Assembly (NCBI GenBank): GCA_030141605.1
Contig: JAQGDQ010000551.1
Coordinates: forward strand, 1 to 64,000
From: Tubiluchus corallicola
Taxonomy: Eukaryota > Animalia > Priapulida
Direction: 5' to 3'
DNA length: 64,000 bases
In this document: in pieces, positions 27,494 to 39,075 of the stretch
Position numbering within the stretch: the stretch's first letter is position 1
How the letters are laid out: each line of letters opens with the position of its first letter
Notes under the pieces: model-generated
Told to the model about the DNA's origin: nothing
Database searches by the model: none
The model's input: the letters and a program-made list of their open reading frames with translations, nothing else
Made by a program: the position numbers and the translations under genes

Positions 27494-27583
27494 GCAGTAT
27501 GTTCGCATAAAGCAAAAAAATGTTACCTTCGCACGAGGCCCCGGGGAAGTATACCCACTCCCCCCCCCCTGAAATAGGCCCTG
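27186..27583. mobile_element. hAT-type MITE (398 bp) with internal (GA)n
   Basis: Perfect 15-bp TIR CAGGGCCTATTTCAG / CTGAAATAGGCCCTG. 8-bp TSD ACGTGACC at 27178-27185 and 27584-27591. Confidence 0.92.
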
Positions 27584-27949
27584 ACGTGACCCACACTTCA
27601 GTGACCCAAACTAATAACACCATAAATAAAGCATAAGCCCCGCCTTTATTGATAGCTAAGGATAAACAGTACGCTGTATATATTCATAGAAAAAGAAGAT
27701 GGTCCATGCCAGATGGGTCTGGCGTTGCCGGATAAGTAAATACAGTATCTATTTCTCGGCACACAGGGAGGACAGGTTGCCAGGAAACGATCGGCCACCT
27801 TTCTTTCCCCAGTTCATGACCAGGTACCAAACTGAGGCTAAGTAGACTTTGGAAGGCAGTCATGAAGTCTTTACACTCACAGTTGCAATACAAATTATAG
27901 TAATGCTAAAAACAGCCTTTCGTAACTTTGAATTTCTCTTTTTACATAG

Positions 27950-28095
27950 AAACGGGTGGAGAAAATTTCTTGAAGCAGGCATGGTTGCAGGTAATTGATA
28001 GAGACACATGCAACCATCAAACTTACCATGATGGTACAGTCACCTATAACATGTTATGCGCTGCTGATGCAGAGTGGGAACACGACCTCTGTCAG
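27950..28095 (+). CDS. Gene B exon 9: protease domain
   Basis: tacatag| (E)TGGENFLKQAWLQVIDRDTCNHQTYHDGTVTYNMLCAADAEWEHDLCQ |gtaagt. Confidence 0.94.
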
Positions 28096-28575
28096 GTAAG
28101 TCTGCAATTGTGTCGACAGATGGCGCCAGCGTATTGGAAAAATTAGATAAGGCAAATCGAAATAATTGCTTTGTTGCTGCAAAAATAAATAAGAACAAAA
28201 ATTTCGCTGATTACTTGCAACATAATTGCAAATGTAAGGTCCTGTCTGCTGCTGCCACCTACTCTAATCTAATCTAATGAATATCTATAACCAACTAGGC
28301 CAAGTTTGTAACATAAATTGAAGGAGCACTAGCTTGTAATGCTTTCTGTTACTTGCCATCAGATGTCACAGCAGTATGTTTGACTGTCTGTAGTGTTTTT
28401 GGCAACCAATTAAAATCGTTATTGAATCAATGGCCGCTAGTATTTTTAACACACCACAAGAAGTTTGTTTCATGACTTGATGAAATCGCAAAATGATAAA
28501 TTGTTGCTAAATAAAGAGCACTGTGTCAGTGAAGTTGTAGCCTGCTTCCTCAACGTTAGTCTATTCTCTTTTCAG

Positions 28576-28779
28576 GAAGACGAGGGTGGTCCCCTGGTGG
28601 CTGAATACGGCTATGGATTTAAGATAATTGGCATTGCCACTCATTCTAACATGTGCGCCACACCACTGAAGCCTCGCAAATTCACGCGAGTCTCGCAATA
28701 CATTGACTGGATAGAAGCAAGAGTGGCTGAACTAGCAACCAACGATCAGAGCAGAGGCAGAAAATTAAGAAAGCACTAG
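28576..28779 (+). CDS. Gene B exon 10: protease C-terminus (GDSGGP->EDEGGP)
   Basis: ttttcag| EDEGGPLVAEYGYGFKIIGIATHSNMCATPLKPRKFTRVSQYIDWIEARVAELATNDQSRGRKLRKH*. Confidence 0.94.
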   Translation, partial: EDEGGPLVAEYGYGFKIIGIATHSNMCATPLKPRKFTRVSQYIDWIEARVAELATNDQSRGRKLRKH

Positions 28780-29304
28780 CATATGACTGTTGATGCACTG
28801 AGTAACAGCAAGGCAACCATTCTTATAAATTACGCATTTGTCTGGCGCTAATTTTACTACCGAACTTAGGGTCAACTTACTGATAGCTATAATGACAATA
28901 AATTTGATGGTAATTAAGACTGGCGCATTGATGGTTATTGGCATTTTGAGTGGCATTCATTTTAATAACATGACTAGTTCCTATAATAGACAATCTAAGT
29001 TATAGTGAGTTGCTTGCTACAATTATAAACACAGCATAGGGTGACTATTCATATTTTGATTTCTTGGGTGACAATATTGTTGACATGCCGAATTCCATGA
29101 TGACAATTAAGTTATGGAATAAGTTGGGTGACAACTCACTGTGGTAGTAGATACCATTAATACTTGACTATATATGTAGTAGATACCATTAATACTTGAC
29201 TATATATGTAGTAGAATAGCATTATACATCTCAAATAGCATTTGTTATTGTACAAGCGCAGGTACACACTTTTAGGTAAAGGGACAACTAAGACTGAACA
29301 AACC

Positions 29305-30168
29305 AGACTTATTGCCAACTGTTGCATTTGTTTTATTCAGAATAAAAAATATGTGAATATGATCGTGCAGACTTGAAAACTCGCCAGTAAATTTTCTAGC
29401 AGACTTATGCCAACTGTTGCATTTGTTTTATTTAGAATAAAAAATATGTGAATATGATCGTGCAGACTTGAAAACTCGACAGTGAATTTTCTAGCAGACT
29501 TATTGCCAACTTTTGCATTTGTTTTTTTTTGGAATAAAAAATATGTGAATATGATCGTGCAGATTTGTAAACTCGCCAGTAAATTTTCTAGTAGACTTAT
29601 TGCCAACTGTTGCATTTGTTTTATTTAAAATAAAAAATATGTGAATATGATCGTGCATACTTGAAAACTCGCCAGTGAATTTTCTAGCAGACTTATTGCC
29701 AACTGTTGCATTTGTTTTATTTAGAATAAAAAATATGTGAATATGATCGTGCAGACTTGAAAACTCGCCAGTGAATTTTCTAGCAGACTTATTGCCAACT
29801 ATTGCATTTGTTTTATTTAGAATAAAAAATATGTGAATATGATCGTGCATACTTGAAAACTCGCCAGTAATTTTTTTAGCAAACTTATTGCCAACTGTTG
29901 CATTTGTTTTATTTAGAATAAAACTATGTGAATATGATCGTGCAGACTTGAAAACTCGACAGTGAATTTTCTAGCAGACTTATTGCCAACTGTTGCATTT
30001 GTTTTATTCAGAATAAAAAATATGTGAATATGATCGTGCAGACTTGAAAACTCGACAGTAAATTTTCTAGCAGACTTATTGCCAACTGTTGCATTTGTTT
30101 TATTTAGAATAAAAAATATGTGAATATGATCGTGCAGACTTGAAAACTCGACAGTGAATTTTCTAGCA
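29305..30168. repeat. 96-bp minisatellite (~9 copies) between the convergent 3' ends of gene B and the PQ-loop gene
   Basis: Unit agacttattgccaactgttgcatttgttttattcagaataaaaaatatgtgaatatgatcgtgcagacttgaaaactcgccagtaaattttctagc. Confidence 0.95.
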
Positions 30169-31348
30169 CATTGTGTTTCTGCCTTGCGTCTTACTATCGT
30201 TCATTACTACCTTACTAGCATTTCTCTAAACATCAAAAATATTTTCAACAAGGCATTCGCACTACGCCACTAGGATGCTTTCACAGCTATCCCCTTTCAA
30301 ATCTCTTACAGAAATATGGTCTCATAAATTCTGTAACCGTCAAAGTTTTATTGCTGCTTTACGGATGTATTTGAAGCTCAAAAGTTATCGATATCAGTTA
30401 CAACTTCTATCTCAAAGATTCGCATGTTTAGCAGCGTGCGAAGCTCTATATCTATCCTTATTTTTCAAAACATTCCAAAGTCTCCATAGTGCTGACCTGC
30501 AGCTTTCACATTAGTGGATATTTCAACAGTATAATAATTGTCGCGGTATGAAAAAAATGAACATTTGTTAAAGTTTTTCTTTCATAAAAATAATCGGACA
30601 GCCCGTATTTGAATTATGCATCTCAGTTTTGATGCGTCTTGCGGCCAAACACCAACACCTAAACAAAAAGTGAATAGCAGAATTAGTGATCAAGTGCAGG
30701 TTAAATAGTGAATCTTGATCAATGTAGCAGAAAAGGTCCATAGCCAAGTATAAATAATATAAGTATACTAGGCTATAAGCTATATAAGCTTGTCAAATGC
30801 CGAATCATTTTCTTGTACTTTCGCCTGGCAGTAGCGGCTATCTTCATTCTGAATCATACTGACGTGCAGATGATAAATACACTGTACCGTATTTTTAATG
30901 CCACTTTTCACCAGTTTACGTTCATGTGTAGCTCGCATAGAGAAATGGGTCACTGACTAACAGTTACAGATGTGGATTCGCGAAGTTAGTTCTTATAGTA
31001 GTTGCCTATATTTGTGGTGTATATAGTACCACCGTCTTAGTCTAACTTGATTTAAGTGTTGGATGTGAACAGTGTGTTAAAAACGTAATAATTAGGTATC
31101 ATATAGTTATTATATAATATACAACAGTGATTGCACTGAAACTTGCCCTAAATTTTAATGATTATTTATACTAATTATCCATAGCCAAGCAGATTTGTTA
31201 ATCGAGATTTGTTAAGTATTTCAGGACATTAAGAACTTCAAAAGTCTATAAATGTAACAGAGATTTATCAGTTGACGTCAATCAATAAATGACAATTTAA
31301 TAAATTAAATTTTGAAATTGATTACGTTAATCACACAGCATTTTAATC

Positions 31349-31553
31349 TCATTTGATAAAATGTAGTTCTTGCGTAGTAATACTTATAAACGTAAACGTA
31401 GATGAGACATAGCAGGTTACCTGCAAAAGAGTGCCAATTTCCACGGCAATCTCAAAAAATCCACAGAACCAAAATTGAAAGGGCGTCTTCTTAATGACGA
31501 AATAAACAGTTTTCGCTACGTCTGAGGTTATCCACAAAAATAACATTGTCAAA
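31349..31553 (-). CDS. SLC66A2: PQLC1/SLC66A2-like last coding exon
   Basis: ctgcag| (S)LTMLFLWITSDVAKTVYFVIKKTPFQFWFCGFFEIAVEIGTLLQVTCY...*. It may instead splice at CAG|gtaacc (31421). Confidence 0.8.
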
Positions 31554-31894
31554 CTGCAGAGAAAAAAGCAATAATTTTTAGCAACGGCCACTGAAAACTT
31601 CATATTTCTGTTGAAGTTTTGTATATGTATTTAATAAATCAGAGCATTTGTTAAAACTAAAGATGCGTTCACATTTATTCAATTGCACGAGCCGTCGATA
31701 AAATTACGCTGAGTCGTGACAATTTTGTTTCTATAAGAAGAAAACAGAAAAGCATGAAACTCCTTTTAAGCTAACAAGTTCAACACACTTAAAGCTCTGC
31801 GGTCACTACCAAATTCTAAGGATTAATGTTTCAACTGTCTGTCAACGTACCAGGCACAAACGTTCCGTATTTTTTTTTCAACAACTTTGCCTAC

Positions 31895-32111
31895 CTCATG
31901 CCATAGGTGGAACGCCTACAAAAGTTTCTATAAAGTTGGGGTACTCCAATCATGGCTTCTGCAGATACACCGAGATAACCAATGGCTTCAATGTAGATGG
32001 CAAAACTGGCAAAGAGATAGGTGAGTAAGCAACCACAGCAGAAAAACATCGCTATGAACTGCAAGTAACTGCTGAAATGCGTCCATTTCCAAAAATAGTT
32101 TGGATCAAAAT
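31895..32111 (-). CDS. SLC66A2: PQLC1/SLC66A2-like exon with second PQ motif
   Basis: cttccag| (D)FDPNYFWKWTHFSSYLQF...EAIGYLGVSAEAMIGVPQLYRNFCRRSTYGM |gtaggc. Matches the PQLC1 motifs DFDP..FW.W and EAMLGVPQLYRN. Confidence 0.92.
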
Positions 32112-32148
32112 CTGGAAGAAACAAATCCGCGTTAGGTTAAAATGTTAA

Positions 32149-32776
32149 AGGACAAGAAAAGGGGTACCTGAAGTAGGTTTCAGAAAAATCGCCTTAAAAA
32201 TTATATTACTTTACAGCAATTTTATGCGTATATCGTACTCGCGTTGAAAGGAATTTTTGTTTGTTTTCATTTTAAATCTCCCGCAATACTGTATCGACGG
32301 CGCCATTACATGACGTCACTATGCAAACGTAAATCAGGGGAAGAAAACGAAATGTTAAATTATGTCCCAAAAAACTTTCCATGCAAATCTATGTTACTTA
32401 GCATTTCGCTTAGACTTATGTAACTAGAAATAATAATTTAAAATGCCGCTGGCTTATTCTCCAGGGTGCGCCACTCACTAACCAAAAACGTAATTTTAAT
32501 CTTATTGACAAGATACTGTAATTTAGAATTTTACTTTGTTAGTAACATGTACGCTACGAATGTTCTGATTATTTTTTCAAACTTCACGCAAGGTTATCTA
32601 AACGACCTATCATTAAAATGGCTGTGACTAACGGCCATCGCGGGAGTTTAAATTACAAGTTTTATACAGTGTTACTGCCGACGCAAGCCTTATATGCAAA
32701 AAGGCAGTACGTAAGTGGTATAAAATTCCAGGACGAATTTTTTAAGTTTTATACAAGCGGAGGATTTTCTTGTGCT
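32149..32776 (+). mobile_element. Kolobok-like non-autonomous DNA transposon (628 bp)
   Basis: TTAA|AGGACAAGAAAA ... TTTTCTTGTGCT|TTAA: 12-bp TIR with 1 mismatch, TTAA TSD and AG..CT termini. Related pieces at 10004, 25310, 32865-33020, 35225-35546 and 47500-47870 (inverted). Confidence 0.75.
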
Positions 32777-33088
32777 TTAAAACTGCCAATACGTCAGTTA
32801 ATTTATATATATATATATTATGATTATGATTATATATTATAAAATGTTAGTGTCTATCGTCTATAAAATGTCGCTAACTCACCATCCAGGGTGCGCCACT
32901 CACTAGCCAAAACGTATTTTTAATCTTATTGACAAGATACAGTATTTTAGAATTTTACTTACTTAGCAACATGTACGCTACGAATGTTCTGATTATTTTT
33001 ACAAACTTTACTCAATGTTATCAGAAGTTGTGATGAATACTCGGCGAATCACTTGACAATCTAAATCAAACGCAACCTGTACATTTAC

Positions 33089-33222
33089 CTGTAAATTTTC
33101 TAATAACAGATGAAGTATCTCCTTCCCGCTTGACAGTTGTACAAAGTCTCATTATTGCCAACATGGCAGTTATCATCACTAGTGAGTGAACAAGTAAAGG
33201 AAGTTCAAAACGCTTTCCGTAC
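33089..33222 (-). CDS. SLC66A2: PQLC1/SLC66A2-like exon 2
   Basis: ttttag| (W)YGKRFELPLLVHSLVMITAMLAIMRLCTTVKREGDTSSVIRKFT |gtaaat. Missed by the ORF track. Confidence 0.9.
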
Positions 33223-33452
33223 CTAAAACCAAGCAGGAGATTAAGCCATTGTCTCCAGCAAACTTACAAACAAGCGTAATAAAAGCTCACAAGATTTGCT
33301 TACGTAACGTGGTTTACTTTTTCCTATTAATAATAAGCTGTGAAAGAGATCTGAAGTTGCTAAAGTTTTCATACATGGACAGAAGAAAATCATTTTAATT
33401 ACTCTAAATTTAAATTTATGTTGTATTGTCATCATACTTTTTTGAGTTTTGC

Positions 33453-33832
33453 ATAGTGCTGCCACCTTCAGGTGTTCTTGTTAAAATTGTTAAATCATTC
33501 TCTTTACTGTTTTTAGTTTTCATTGGCTTTGGATAGTGCTGCCACCAGGTGTTCTTGTTAAAATTGTTAAATCTTTCTCTTTACTGTTTAAATTTTCATT
33601 GGCTTTGGATAGTGCTGCCACCAGGTGTTCTTGTTAAAATTGTTAAATCTTTCTCTTTACTGTTTAAATTTTCATTGGCTTTGGATAGTGCTGCCACCAG
33701 GTGTTCTTGTTAAAATTGTTAAATCTTTCTCTTTACTGTTTAAATTTTCATTGGCTTTGGATAGTGCTGCCACCAGGTGTTCTAGTTAAAATTGTTAAAT
33801 CATACTCTTTACTGTTTAAATTTTCATTGGCT
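33453..33832. repeat. 76-bp minisatellite (~5 copies)
   Basis: Unit atagtgctgccaccaggtgttcttgttaaaattgttaaatctttctctttactgtttaaattttcattggctttgg. Confidence 0.92.
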
Positions 33833-34472
33833 TCTACAGTCTTTATGAATGCATAATCTCTAAAACTGTTTTCACACCTAAATGATTTCACCTGTAGTTT
33901 TTGGTCACTTGGTTTTCTGCTTTTCAACATGACACTACTTCACTGTTTATGTAGACATTTCAGAATAAAATCTGAAAACTAAATTTCAAGTTTTTTGGTT
34001 TCTTCAAACCAATACAGCTCAGAATATGAGAGGGCCTGGATGTACCGTGCAACAGGAATATTCTGGGTTACAAAGACACCGCGCCACGTGGCCACCTGAT
34101 TTCAAATACTATAGACGACTAGAATAATCAAGTAGTAACAGTGACTGTTTAGTAACCAAAGATAAACATTGTTCAAACGTGTCAATAAATGGATGAGTGA
34201 CCACTTAAAAATACTTAGTATGCTTTTCTACCATGCTGGTTTCAACGGTTTACCTCGTCGAAGGATGCATCCAGTGCTACGATATATCTTGCAGTTTTAT
34301 CTGTGTTGATTATCCATGATATTGAAATGGGTTTCCGTCCTGCCTCAACGATCTACAGTAAGTAGGTCCTGTTGTAGTGTGCTAGATCCACGCTTACGGA
34401 CTGCCGAACTGTATTCAAAAATTCACAATCGCTTTACCGCTTCTGGCCTTTTGTCTAGTGTTTAACATAGCT

Positions 34473-34591
34473 GTCTACGGCCAAATCACGTTGAAAACAC
34501 CGGTTCTCGTCTGATCACCGAAGTTAAGCAACGTACAGCCTGGTTAGTGCTTTGATGGGTGACCGCTAGGAATACCTGGTGCTGTAGGCTT
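34473..34591 (+). rRNA. 5S rRNA-like sequence (SINE head, not a canonical 5S gene)
   Basis: gtctacggccaaatcacgttgaaaacaccggttctcgtctgatcaccgaagttaagcaacg...gatgggtgaccgctaggaatacctggtgctgtaggctt. No oligo-T terminator follows. Confidence 0.85.
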
Positions 34592-35024
34592 GCGGGATGC
34601 CCACACTGTATCTCGACACTAGACGGAGGAGCTGTACAAGCAGCCAACGGCTAGAGGGCGGAGGAGGTCAAGTGACCCAACGGCCATGTGTAGAGGAGTT
34701 AACCATCCAAATCAGGAGTGGAGCCCCGAAGACGGACCAGTGCAGCATGCTCACTGACTCCGGCAGCTCCTGCAGCCAACCTGGTGCCAAACGTATCGCT
34801 CCGCTTTCCTTTGGACTACACCAGGGAGGAAGAGAGGGGGTTCCTGATGTCTGGGCAACTCAGGATCTCCATACACCTTGCCCTGGAGTGCGCCCTGGAA
34901 ACGTTCAACGATTGGATTGCTCAGCCACAGTCGACGCTGCAGCTCAATTAATGTGATCAAGAACTGACTCTCTTGGCGCACACTCCATTGTCTTCCGGGA
35001 CAGAAGGATGCCAACAAAAAAGAA
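34473..35024 (+). mobile_element. 5S rRNA-derived SINE (SINE3-type), copy 1
   Basis: Full-length 5S head (34473-34591), then a ~430-nt GC-rich body and an A-rich/CAA tail. 10-bp TSD TAACATAGCT at 34463-34472 and 35025-35034. Confidence 0.9.
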
Positions 35025-35224
35025 TAACATAGCTGTGAGCCCGTACAATTCCAGCTGAATCTGCTTTTAAAAATATAACATTTGCAGGATTTCCTTCACT
35101 AAAAGGGAGCAAAAGGGAATTTAACGTAGGTCCCAAAAACTTACACGGTTACATTACTTTTTTTAGTAATTTAAATTGTTCCCGCCACTGTTATTTTTGC
35201 TAAAACGTCACTGTTTCACTATCT

Positions 35225-35546
35225 CAGCATGCTGAAAAACGTCACTGACTCACCAAAAAATATTATTAATCTTATTTATAAGACAAAGTAATTTATGCCT
35301 TTGTTTAGTTAGTGAAGTCTGCGCTATACTAAACTTCGAATTATTTTTCGAATTTACCACAGGTTGTTTTATCTTAATTAAAATCTTACTTAAAGACTGC
35401 CTGTTCATACGTCTGTTTAAATATGCAAATTTTACATAGCATTACTGCCAATGAAAGCTCTGTGTGCAGAAAGCAGTATGTAGCCGACACAAAATTTCAT
35501 TTCGAATTTTTGGCTGTATATAACTAAAGGTGGTTTTGTCCTTTAA
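35225..35546 (+). mobile_element. Diverged relative of the Kolobok-like element
   Basis: Collinear similarity to ~32440-32780; ends ggttttgtcctttaa. Confidence 0.5.
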
Positions 35547-36098
35547 CTTGTAGTGCTGTGGAATTGACAGCAAGTGTGCGCGACATGCACTAAATGCAAG
35601 TTCTACAGTCGTTTAGATGTAATTTATGATTTTTTATTGTCCAAAATGGGCAATCATCGTCTCATCCCAAAATCACTATCACATCATGACATATTTGACT
35701 GACTGACTGACTGACTGACTGACATATTATGAGCGACTCGACTTGGTTTTATCTGAAGCAAATAAAAACATTTTCTGCTAATCCAATGTCAAAAGGATAA
35801 TTAACTGCTATAACGAAAATGTGTAATAATATTATGAAATATGAAGAAATCAAACTTACATCTTTGCCGCATCTTACTAACTTGCTAAAGAGAACTCGAC
35901 TGACAAAATTTTGTTATAAAACGACACGACGTACTGAACAAGAATGACTTATGGCCAATGGCCTATTTCCTGTCCTAGCTCACCTGGCTATCAACACCAA
36001 AGCCTAAATTTGCAAAAAACAAACACACGATGGCACCACGTGCTTATATCCCAAACAGTAAGCGTGACATAATTTTGTTAGTACCTTCTTACACTTAC

Positions 36099-36277
36099 CA
36101 GAAGAATAGTCGTAGTGTGTTGCCAATCAGCAATGTTAAGCAGACATAGGTGGAGAATCCTTTTACGTTTTTTGTACGCTTAATTTCACAGTACCGAGGA
36201 ATGTACGGAACTGCTCCTCCAAACATTATCTTCGCAGAAGCACAGTAAGAGAAGATATTGGTCACATATTCCGGCAT
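36099..36277 (-). CDS. SLC66A2: PQLC1/SLC66A2-like first recognisable coding exon (first PQ motif reads PR)
   Basis: MPEYVTNIFSYCASAKIMFGGAVPYIPRYCEIKRTKNVKGFSTYVCLTLLIGNTLRLFFW |gtaagt. Matches PQLC1 FGG.VPY.PQY...GFSTYVCL.LL.AN.LR..FW. The start codon is uncertain. Confidence 0.88.
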
Positions 36278-36671
36278 GCCACTGGCTAATGTCTGCTGAC
36301 TTCCAGCAACCAATAAAAAAGACGGGATGTACATATTGCGATTGAACCAATAAGGAAATAGACATTAAATTTTCAAATAATGAAGTGTCGCCATTGGAGC
36401 AGAATATTTCTCGTTCAAACTGCCCACGAAGGACTATTCTTTGGAACACGTTTTAAATCCATTGGAATTAATTGTTATGATTGTTGTGCTTGTTCTGACA
36501 TGCATTGTTGTGGACCTACCAAAGCACAGCACTGTAATATCAAAACACCCATTATAGAATTAGAATTTATTATTGGCATATACAAACGTACAAAAAAACA
36601 GAGCTATTATATTATAGCTATAGAGCCAAAAAACATATAACAATTAACCAATATAATTATATATATATAAG

Positions 36672-36707
<36 letters not shown>

Positions 36708-36884
36708 CAGATACAGTTAGCGTATCATGAAAAATAAATAAATAATATTATCAATATTTACATGTTAGTATTATTTACTCCTTTTTCAAACACTTAAAAA
36801 TGTGATGGGCGACTATTTTGGTTATATCTCAGTCGTTACCGCCCCCCCCCACACATTGCGAGTTTTAGCTTTTCGTTCTACCTC

Positions 36885-39075
36885 AGGTCTTGTGTCATCG
36901 CTGGTTCTTCACTTTGTGCTTCTGCCTCAAGTCTTGTGTCATCGCTGGTTCTTCACTTTGTGCTTCTGCCTCAAGTCTTGTGTCTTTGCTGGTTGTTCAT
37001 CTTTGTGCTTCTGCCTCAAGTTTTGCATCTTCTCTAGTTGCTCTTGTTTGTGCTTTTACCTCAAGTCTTGTGTCTTTGCTGGTTGTTCATCTTTGTGCTT
37101 CTGCCTCAAGTTTTGCATCTTCTCTAGTTGCTCATGTTTGTGCTTCTGCCTCAAGTCTTGTGTCTTCTCTAGGTTCTCATGTTTGTGCTTCTGCCTCAAG
37201 TCTTGTGTCTTCTCTAGTTTCTCGTGTTTGTGCTTCTGCCTCAAGTCTTGTGTCTTCTCTAGTTGTTCATTTTTGTGCTGCTACATCAAGTCTTGTGTCT
37301 TCTCTAGTTGTTCATTTTTGTGCTTCTGCCTCAACTCTTGTGTCTTCTCTAGTTGCTCTTGTTTGTGCTTCTACTTCAAGTCTTGTGTCTTCTCTAGTTG
37401 CTCTTGTTTGTGCTTCTGCCTCAAGTCTTGTGTCTTCTCTAGTTGTTCATTTTTGCGCTTCTGCCTCAACTCTTGTGTCTTCTCTAGTTGCTCTTGTTTG
37501 TGCTTCTGCCTCAAGTCTTGTGTCTTCTCTAGTTTCTCATGTTTGTGCTTCTACTTCAAGTCTTGTGTCTTCTCTAGTTGCTCTTGTTTGTGCTTCTGCC
37601 TCAAATCTTGTGTCTTCTCTAGTTGCTCTTGTTTGTGCTTCTGCCTCAAGTCTTGTGTCTTCTCTAGTTGCTCTTGTTTGTGCTTCTGCCTCAAATCTTG
37701 TGTCTTCTCTAGTTGCTCTTGTTTGTGCTTCTGCCTCAAGTCTTGTGTCTTCTCTAGTTGCTCTTGTTTGTGCTTCTGCCTCAAGTCTTGTGTCTTCTCT
37801 AGTTGCTCTTGTTTGTGCTTCTACTTCAAGTCTTGTGTCTTCGCTAGTTGCTCTTGTTTGTGCTTCTGCCTCAAGTCTTGTGTCTTCTCTAGTTGCTCTT
37901 GTTTGTGCTTCTACCTCAAGTCTTGTGTCTTCGCTAGGTTCTCATGTTTGTGCTTCTGCCTCAAGTTTTGCATCTTCTCTAGTTGCTCTTGTTTGTGCTT
38001 CTACCTCAAGTCTTGTGTCTTCTCTAGGTTCTCATGTTTGTGCTTCTGCCTCAAGTCTTGTGTCTTCTCTAGGTTCTCATCTTTGTGCTTCTGCCTCAAG
38101 TTTTGCATCTTCTCTAGTTGCTCATGTTTGTGCTTCTGCCTCAAGTCTTGTGTCTTCTCTAGGTTCTCATGTTTGTGCTTCTGCCTCAAGTCTTGTGTCT
38201 TCTCTAGTTTCTCGTGTTTGTGCTTCTGCCTCAAGTCTTGTGTCTTCTCTAGTTGTTCATTTTTGTGCTTCTACATCAAGTCTTGTGTCTTCTCTAGTTG
38301 TTCATTTTTGTGCTTCTGCCTCAACTCTTGTGTCTTCTCTAGTTGCTCTTGTTTGTGCTTCTACTTCAAGTCTTGTGTCTTCTCTAGTTGCTCTTGTTTG
38401 TGCTTCTGCCTCAAGTCTTGTGTCTTCTCTAGTTGTTCATTTTTGCACTTCTGCCTCAACTCTTGTGTCTTCTCTAGTTGCTCTTGTTTGTGCTTCTGCC
38501 TCAAGTCTTGTGTCTTCTCTAGTTTCTCATGTTTGTGCTTCTGCCTCAAGACTTGTGTCTTCTCTAGTTGCTCATGTTTGAGCTTCTACATCAAGTCTTG
38601 TGTCTTCTCTAGTTGCTCTTGTTTGTGCTTCTACATCAAGTCTTGTGTCTTCTCTAGTTGTTCATTTTTGTGCTTCTGCCTCAACTCTTGTGTCTTCTCT
38701 AGTTGCTCTTGTTTGTGCTTCTGCCTCAAATCTTGTGTCTTCTCTAGTTGCTCTTGTTTGTGCTTCTGCCTCAAGTCTTGTGTCTTCTCTAGTTGCTCTT
38801 GTTTGTGCTTCTGCCTCAAGTCTTGTGTCTTCTCTAGTTGCTCTTGTTTGTGCTTCTACTTCAAGTCTTGTGTCTTCGCTAGTTGCTCTTGTTTGTGCTT
38901 CTGCCTCAAGTCTTGTGTCTTCTCTAGTTGCTCTTGTTTGTGCTTCTACCTCAAGTCTTGTGTCTTCGCTAGGTTCTCATGTTTCTGCTTCTGCCTCAAG
39001 TCTTGTGTCTTCTCTAGTTGCTCTTGTTTGTTCTTCTGTCTCAAGTCTTGTGTCTTCGCTAGTTGTTCATCTTTA
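36885..39075. repeat. 45-bp minisatellite (~48 copies) with a 990-bp (22-unit) higher-order duplication
   Basis: Unit tgcttctgcctcaagtcttgtgtcttctctagttgctcttgtttg. The variant series starting at 37111 recurs at 38101. Confidence 0.96.

Noticed and set aside
34473-34591. Functional 5S rRNA gene
   Set aside because: No oligo-T terminator, not in a tandem array, fused to a shared body and flanked by TSDs, so it is a SINE head.
34597-35017. Short ORFs in the SINE body (also at 41026-41331)
   Set aside because: No recognisable domain; a 16-nt indel and differing stops between the copies argue against coding.
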